DNA of 25,076 nucleotides from positions 1-25,076 of the IMG/VR virus record IMGVR_UViG_3300049629_000033; one strand, given 5' to 3'. Shown here piece by piece: positions 1-6,900 of this stretch. The translations under genes were made by a program, and so were the position numbers. The first letter of the stretch is position 1. Each line of letters opens with the position of its first letter. The stretch is from a virus. Lineage: Duplodnaviria; Caudoviricetes. The notes beneath the pieces were generated by a model that was given only the letters and a program-made list of their open reading frames with translations, did no database searches and had not been told where the DNA came from.

Positions 1-552
1 ATCCCAAAGAGGAATGTCAACAATGTGGACTGCACATTGAGGATACTCTTTGTCAAACTCTGCCTTGCTTGCCTGCCAGTCACGGAGAATGGCGACGATC
101 TGACCTTTCTTTACTTCATATCCATAGCTTCTCCAGAGCATGGCGTTGAGGTTGATCTGCGCCTCCCATTCGGACTTGCCTCCGAGCAGGAAGGAGAAGA
201 CCGATGTTACCTTGAAGTCGGAGATAGTCTTGTTGCCAGTCTCGTAGAGGTCAGTCTGTCCGGTCAGCGTCCAGTCATTGATCTCCAAGTAGAGACGCTT
301 TTCAGTCAGCTCTTCCTCTCCTCCAGCTAATTCAAGAACCTTGTGAACTGACTGACCGAGCAATGCCCACACCATATCGGATGCGTCTTCCACGATCTCG
401 TCGGAGTAGCGTTTCTTGAGTTGGCTGATCTTCGGTGGCCCGATCAAGGTAGTCACCGAGATGTCTGCCTTCTTCGTTCCGGGTGTATACCCATCGTGCG
501 CCAACGCCCGATACATGGGGGCTGGCAGGTTGAAGTTATTTGTGATGGTCAT
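1..552 (-). CDS. PD-(D/E)xK (RecB/Cas4-like) phage exonuclease, 3'-truncated by the window edge
   Basis: Not in the ORF track; translated manually. ATG at 552 overlaps the upstream TGA (ATGA) and the frame stays open for 184 codons: MTITNNFNLP...ISVTTLIGPP...LLGQSVHKVLE...EKRL...LTGQTDLY...ISDFKVTS...EAQINLNAML. The G-x3-H, E, G-x-x-D, D-x-K and Q motifs are in the order typical of PDDEXK_1 nucleases. Confidence 0.85.
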   Translation of the reverse strand, partial: MTITNNFNLPAPMYRALAHDGYTPGTKKADISVTTLIGPPKISQLKKRYSDEIVEDASDMVWALLGQSVHKVLELAGGEEELTEKRLYLEINDWTLTGQTDLYETGNKTISDFKVTSVFSFLLGGKSEWEAQINLNAMLWRSYGYEVKKGQIVAILRDWQASKAEFDKEYPQCAVHIVDIPLWD

Positions 553-797
553 TTCTCGAAGCAGTTAGCAAGCAGTTCAGATACTCCGCGAAGATGGTCG
601 CCTTGTTTGACCACTGCTTGTGCGTTGGGAAGATTGCCTAGAAGGAATCGTCCGTCTGCTGCCGCCGATGAGACCAAGCGGAGAAAAATCTCACGCTGAA
701 GATCGATGTTCTGAACTGCTGTTTTTTCTACTGCTTCTACTTTTACTTTTGGTGTTTCTTTCATTGGTTTTATATGGACAGGGTTGTTGTTGTCCAC
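549..797 (-). CDS. hypothetical protein, probable first gene of an early operon
   Basis: 82-aa ORF with GTG start 7 nt after a -10 box; its stop overlaps the nuclease ATG. An internal ATG (MKETPK) is an alternative start. Confidence 0.65.
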   Translation of the reverse strand: MDNNNPVHIKPMKETPKVKVEAVEKTAVQNIDLQREIFLRLVSSAAADGRFLLGNLPNAQAVVKQGDHLRGVSELLANCFEK

Positions 798-804
798 TTC
801 GCAA

Positions 805-832
805 AGCCTATCATTCTACCGATAATCGTCAA
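805..832 (-). promoter_or_regulatory. sigma70-type promoter for the early operon
   Basis: Minus strand: TTGACG (832-827), 16-nt spacer, TAGGCT (810-805) with an extended TGn, and an AT-rich upstream tract at 833-861. Confidence 0.7.
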
Positions 833-861
833 TAGGTTTTTGTAATATTTCTAAAAATATT

Positions 862-877
862 TTATCGTTTCCGATAA
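862..877. promoter_or_regulatory. 16-bp palindrome TTATCG-TTTC-CGATAA (copy 1 of 10)
   Basis: Perfect 6-bp arms; lies between the terminator and the early promoter. Confidence 0.8.
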
Positions 878-912
878 TAAGAAAACGCACCCCAGATTTC
901 TCCGAGGTGCGT
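878..912 (-). terminator. intrinsic (Rho-independent) terminator
   Basis: Minus strand ACGCACCTCGGA-GAAA-TCTGGGGTGCGT followed by TTTCTT: 12-bp stem with two G-U pairs, a GNRA loop and a U-rich tail. Confidence 0.85.
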
Positions 913-955
913 CAACCTTATGAATAACACGAATAGCAATCAGAGACCCGACTGC
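878..955 (-). ncRNA. candidate small regulatory RNA (~75 nt)
   Basis: Has its own promoter (963-990), a 5' hairpin GCAGTCGG-GTCT-CTGATTGC (955-936), a 23-nt unpaired linker and a terminator hairpin. The G-U pairs are valid only on the minus strand. Confidence 0.6.
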
Positions 956-962
956 GAAGCAG

Positions 963-990
963 AGGTTACATCACATGGCTGAGAAGTCAA
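963..990 (-). promoter_or_regulatory. sigma70-type promoter overlapping the end of the giant gene
   Basis: TTGACT (990-985), 16-nt spacer, TAACCT (968-963). Same geometry as the 805-832 promoter, with a G located 7 nt downstream (955). Confidence 0.65.
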
Positions 991-3900
991 GTTCCATGTT
1001 TTGTTCCAAATCCTTCCTAGCTTCCGATCTAATCTTCCCTATCTCGTCGTTAAGCAACTCTTGACTTACCTCTTGAGGTGTCAGTCCCTTCTCTTCTTGC
1101 GCTTCAGTAGGCGTTGGATTCTTTAAGCTATCTTCGTTCTCTACAATCCAGTCGCGCATCCTCGGCCCTGCGGTTCGGATGAACTCAAGCTCTTGAGATT
1201 TTGTCATGCGCTTACCATCAGACCACTTGAGGCTATTGTCCCAAGAAGGAGGCGTAAGATTAAGATCATACATGATTTTAAATCCGGGGTCAGGAGTTTC
1301 GGACGATGCCAATCTTCCAATTATACTTGCAAGCCTGCGCCCAACCCCATTCTCTTCTACCAAGGATGGGTATCTAGCTGGATCGCCGAAGTAGTTCACA
1401 TCTTTATTCAAGAAGTTAATTGCCCCCGGCATTTCTTTAAGAAGGTTACTTGCCCATGTGCTTCCAACTGCTCGCTGATCAGTTGTTAGTTTTGTTATGT
1501 CACGAAGTTGACCGGGAACAAGCAATCGTCCAATGATCCCGCTCATAATTCCTTGGCCTTCTTTTACTGGGTCTTTGGCTTGTGTAAGTCCGAATATGTC
1601 TGCCAATCCAGTAAGGAATGACTGGTTCAATACAGATGTAAAAACAAGGGTTGGTGCGGCAACCGCTATGCTTGCCAACACCTCGCTCTTATCAATCTCG
1701 GTTAGAGATTTTTGTTTCTTCCTAACTGCTTGCACTTCTTCAGAAACTAACGCTGACATTGAAAGAGGAATAACCAGAGGAGTTCCTAGAAGTGAAATGT
1801 ATTTGTCTCCAATTCTGACAGAGTATTTGATTCCACCATTCTGCGCCCAGATGCGATTCTGCTTCGGATCACGCGGCCCTTCGGCATAGAATTGGATTGC
1901 TGGTCTTTTCTCTGGGTCTTCCTCGTCTCCACTTTGGAATGCTTGAGTTAATGCCGCAGCGGCAAAAGTAAGAAATCCAATACCGCCCTTGATTAGTAAT
2001 TCATATTCCTTCTCTGATCTTCCTCCGGTAAATGGATCGTTCACTCCGTTTCTTCTAGCTTGAACATATTTAATTTGAGAAAGGCCGGGAGTGTAATTGA
2101 TAAACTCATTAGTTACGTTCGCCACAACATTTGTAAATGGGATAAAAAACTTAATTCCTGCATAATCTGCAAGTAGACCATTAACAAAATTCGCAACTCT
2201 TCCAACTATACCTTGGGGAGCTTGGCCATATACTGTTTCCAAGGCATCTTGCTCGACTTGCTTGATATCAACCTTGGCCTTCGCTGCTCTTTGATCGCGG
2301 TAGATTTCATTGGCCCTAATTACAATCTCCTGCTCCTTCTGCTTTCCTGTAGTTTTTGATGATACAAGCTCTAACTCTGCTTGCCTTCTAGCTATTTCAT
2401 ATCCTTCTTTGGAATATGGAGATGCTCCCGCCTGCGCGAGCTTCGCTTCAAATGCAACCTCTTTTAGGAAAGCATCCGTAGCACGAAGCGATCTCATCAA
2501 TGATCTTGGACTAACAGCTTTCAGTCCTGCATTCACAAAGCTAGGAAGGAAGTTGATCCTTCCATCACCGAATGTTGTTAAGAAACTAACAATCTTTCCA
2601 GCGTTCTCTGGCTTTGCGTTCTCGATGACATTCATCTTCGGATACTTGCCTCTGCGCTCGTCATCCATTCCAGATGGATTTAATCCAAATCTCATCACAT
2701 ACAGGAATGAATTCACGGCTGGTGTATTCTTTCCCATCATCGCATTGAATAACCCTTGCAGCATTGGGATTGCGGTCTTTGGACTGTATGTTGACCATAC
2801 CGCAACGTTTGAGAGCAGGTTCATTGCCCCAGAAAATATGTTTAATGATGGGGTTGCAAGCTGTGATAGGAGGCTCCAATACCAGTAGCTGGATAGGATA
2901 TCCCCACTAGTAAACTTACTCTTCTCAAGTAAAGCTCTGCCCATCTTCTCTTCTTCGATGCTTCGGATCACACCCTCTGGGAGCAGGCTGATTCTGTCAC
3001 CCCATTGACGGATCGTGTTTACGAATTCAGCATCGTATGGCAGATAGTTCTTATCAAAGTCATGGGTCTGGCGGAATGCCTCGTAGACCATCTCGGAGTC
3101 TAGCATTCCCATGTTTGCCATCTGGATCAGACGCTGTAGCAATGTCCTCTGGTTAGTGTTCCTCTTGATCTTGTTGTTAGTTAAGACTTCTTCAGCCTTC
3201 TTCAAGGCGGTTGTCAGGTTCTCGCTCCGCTGGGCGATGAGTGCCTTATCCATCTCCGACGAGATCAAGTCTGCTAGTTCAGTCGCATTCTCCTTGGACA
3301 TTCCAATCTCTGTGATGATCCTGCTGATCAATCCTTCCTTGAAGTTACCTTCGTCGGTCAGGGATAGCTTGGTGATGTCCTTCAAATTCTTGATGTTCTT
3401 GAACTGCGCCTCGGCTTCCTCTTTAATCTTCTTACTCATCAGAGGCTTTGGAGTTACCTTGCCAGTCTCTTCGTTGACTGTGAATCCTAGCTTCTCTGTC
3501 AGAATCCTGTTGGTTTCTTGGTTGAGATAGGCATCTGCATCTGCAATAAACTTATCGATCAGTTCGTTTGATGCGCCAGTTCCGCGAAGCTCTGCGCGGA
3601 TATGCTCACGCACTCCAGCTTGGGCGGCGTTCCTCTTCTCTCCAAGGTATTGGAATAGATCAGCGAACTTGTAGTTGATAGCGTCAGTAGCGTCCTTGAT
3701 TGCTTGAGTTCTCAAGCTGTCCGACCATTCGTTTGAACGGAGGGATTTGAAGAGGTCGGCGAAGTCTTTATTGAATGCTTCCTTGCTCTGATACTTCTCT
3801 GCCATCCGGTTGGATAGGTCGGCCAAGAATGCCTTGTAAGCATTATCGTTTCCGATAACCGCCTTCACCATCTCCAAGTATTTCCCGCTCCGCTTTCCTG

Positions 3901-6900
3901 CCTTCTGCTTGGGAACTCCAGCCATCTGGACTCCCATCTGCTTCGCTGCGGCAGCGAAGGATTGATACATGAAGTTGCTGACATTCTCAATCGAGAAGCC
4001 CTTCCTGTTCATCCCAATCGCAAGGATGTTCTGAACAGTCTGGTCAACGATCATGTTGGCATACTTGTCTTCCTTGGTATCGAAGAGTCCCGCACTGAAA
4101 TCCAGTAGGATTTTGCGGGTGCTTTCATTCTTTCTCTTGCCAACCTCGGCGCGGATGGATTGGCGCACCTTCTCTGGATTCAGTTGGGATTGCTTAATGA
4201 GTGAGACTGCTTTGCGGAATACACTCTGTATGTTAGCTACTTTATCTACTGACTTCCTGCGGTCGCCTCGGATTGCATTTGCGATGTTTTCAAATGGAAC
4301 TTTAGTCAGGGCATAGATGTTGCCCATCGCATCAATGATGCTGGACTTGTAGCTGTCAATCGCAGTTCCTGCGCTGCCAATACCCCTCAATGTTCCAGCG
4401 TATCTTGTTATTCTTCCACCCGATGCATTCATCATTACAACCTTCCTAGCAAGGTCGGCTTGCACCTTTCTTGCTTGAAGTCTGAATGATTCCCGCGCCG
4501 AATTAGGCATAGATGATTCGTTTACTTGATCAATAAATACAGGCATCAAATCATACATGACTTTTGCCAGAACATATTGCTCCTCTAAATCTATGCTGTA
4601 TCTATTTTTAACTCTGCCATAATCAATATCTGAAACTCCCTCTGCAATACTAAAGAAGTCTGCATCTGGATTTCCTCTGGTGATTTTATTCAGAGCATTA
4701 ACTCCATCAGTAAACGCATCCGATGTGAAAAGATTCGCGGCAACAGAGTAAGGTGAGATCAAGGATTTCGGATAGGTCTTGCCCTTCTGGATCGTCCTCG
4801 ATTTGTATTCGGTCAATGCCTTGCTACGCTTCGGCTTCAGAGTTTCAACCAATGCATCAAGATCGGATATCATCTGATTGCTGATCCGCTTCATTGCAGA
4901 TTCAGACTTCTTGGACATTGGTTCACCTTCTGGAGTTACGCCTGCTCTTGCAATCAAGGGAGACTCTGGGCTAAAGCGTTCTGAAATAGGAATGACTTTT
5001 CCCCTGCTGGTGAAGGTAGCGAGGTCTGCTGACTTGGCTTGGTTTGGATTGAACACTACTGCAACGCTATCTGCCCCGTCCCATTGGTATACTCCATCGT
5101 AGCCAGCGTCTTGCATTGCTTTGACGAACTTCGCCCCATCATCAATCCCGCCAGTAGACATTACTGATCCCCAATCACCTTCATCTTCTATGAATTGTTC
5201 AGCGTATTGAGGAAATGCTTTAGACAAAACTCTGATTATATCAGGTGAGTTGGCGGGATTATCCATCTTGATGTAGGCGGTGAATATCTTCCCTCCTCTT
5301 TCAAGATAATCCATCGCGTGTTCTTTTGTTTCCGCAAAGAATGATCCAACATCACCGCCCGCTGATTTAAAATCTTTAGATGCCGCTTTAAACATTGGCG
5401 GCTTCCAACTTCCCTTCCATAAATGTCCAACCTGTCTTAATCTTTGAAAGATTAACGAGCGAATTTTGGATGCACTTTTGGGATTGTTATTTGCCCAAGT
5501 TTCTTGGTTTGTCTTTGGTGTGATCGTGTCGTTTCCCGTATCTCCCTTGATTGCTTGAGCGTATTCAACATCCATCTGTGGAGTTACACCAGCCTCTGCA
5601 ATGATTCCAGATTGGCCCGGAAGTCTTTTAACAGCAGGTTGCCCCATAGAAAACAAACGTATCTGTTTGTTTCTTTTTAGAGTTGCAAGTCTTCTGTATT
5701 TGTCAGTCTGACGTATTAGTTGAGCGGCTTGCTCTGGGTTGTCAGCAGTGGCTTGAATCATTTCTTCCCTACGATTTTCTCCATACTTGTTGAATATTTC
5801 AAATATCTCGTAGTATGGCTGGGCCTTCGCTTCGATTGCTGGAGTTATCGTTTCCGATACTTCTGGTTCAACTGTCAAGGATTCCTTAACAGTTGGGGTA
5901 GCTTCTTTTGTAGTATAAATGAATTTCCCATCTCCTGTTTCAATAAATCCATTTTTACGATAGAACTCATCAGGATTTTTTCCTATTCCATCAATGTCTT
6001 CAGATTTTAATACTATTGATTTGGAATATTTTGCCGCCAACGCTTTAACATCGTTTATTACTGATGAACCAGTTCCTTTTCCACGAACATTTTCTGGAAC
6101 TCTAATTATTGTTATTTCTATATTTTGTTCAGATGGGAATAATATTAATTCAACGCCAGATTTCTCCCACTTATTTTCAAGTTTATTAACATCTTCGCCA
6201 TATTCTCCAAACTTCAAATTTTCTTCTTGGCGTTTTTGTTTTGAAGCATTTTTTCTTTCTTCAATAAACCTTTCATCTTCAGTTGAAATAGGTTTCAGTT
6301 CACCTTTAGGTTGAGCGGCAGAGTAATCTTTAAACTCGTAGTTAGCCTCACCCTTCACGATGCCATACTCATCCAAGATGGTATTCATCGTGTTCAGCAT
6401 CTTCTCTACTTCCTTGGTCGAGGTTCCTTTTCCAAGGTAGCGAGCGATGGAAGTGCGGAGGAACTGGAGAGCATTGAGGAGTGAGTCCTTCCATGCTCTG
6501 ATTATTCCCTTGTCTTTATCAGAGAATGTTTCTCTCTCCGCTGCTCTGATAGCATTCAAGTCCTCGGTGATCTGCCCCGTCCTTACTCGCTGGGCAACCA
6601 TCCGCATGAACTCTTGGGAGAAAGTAAGATCATCAAGGAGTTTTGTTTTATCGTTCAAGTAGACTTCAGATACCCCCGGCAGTGCGTTAGGATTCGTGCG
6701 CTTTACTTCTTTTGCTATGTCAGAGATTCGCTTTACGATGTATTCCTGCTCTGTGAGTTTAGGTTTCTTGAGAGCCTTATACTCGTCTTGGATGCCTTGG
6801 AACATGGAGAGATGGATCATCTCCTCTTCTAGTTTCTTGGCTGCTGCCCGTGACTCTTGATCCAATGCAGCGTCTCTACTTGCAGCCCGTTGTTCACCTT

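Noticed and set aside
1-552. Nuclease as evidence of a CRISPR-Cas locus
   Set aside because: No cas1, cas2 or array is present, and the N-terminal Fe-S Cys of Cas4 is not evident. Stand-alone PD-(D/E)xK nucleases are common in phages.
920-982. 20-codon + strand ORF MNNTNSNQRPDCEAEVTSHG
   Set aside because: It has no evident promoter and runs against the strand of all other genes. The region is better explained by the minus-strand structured RNA.
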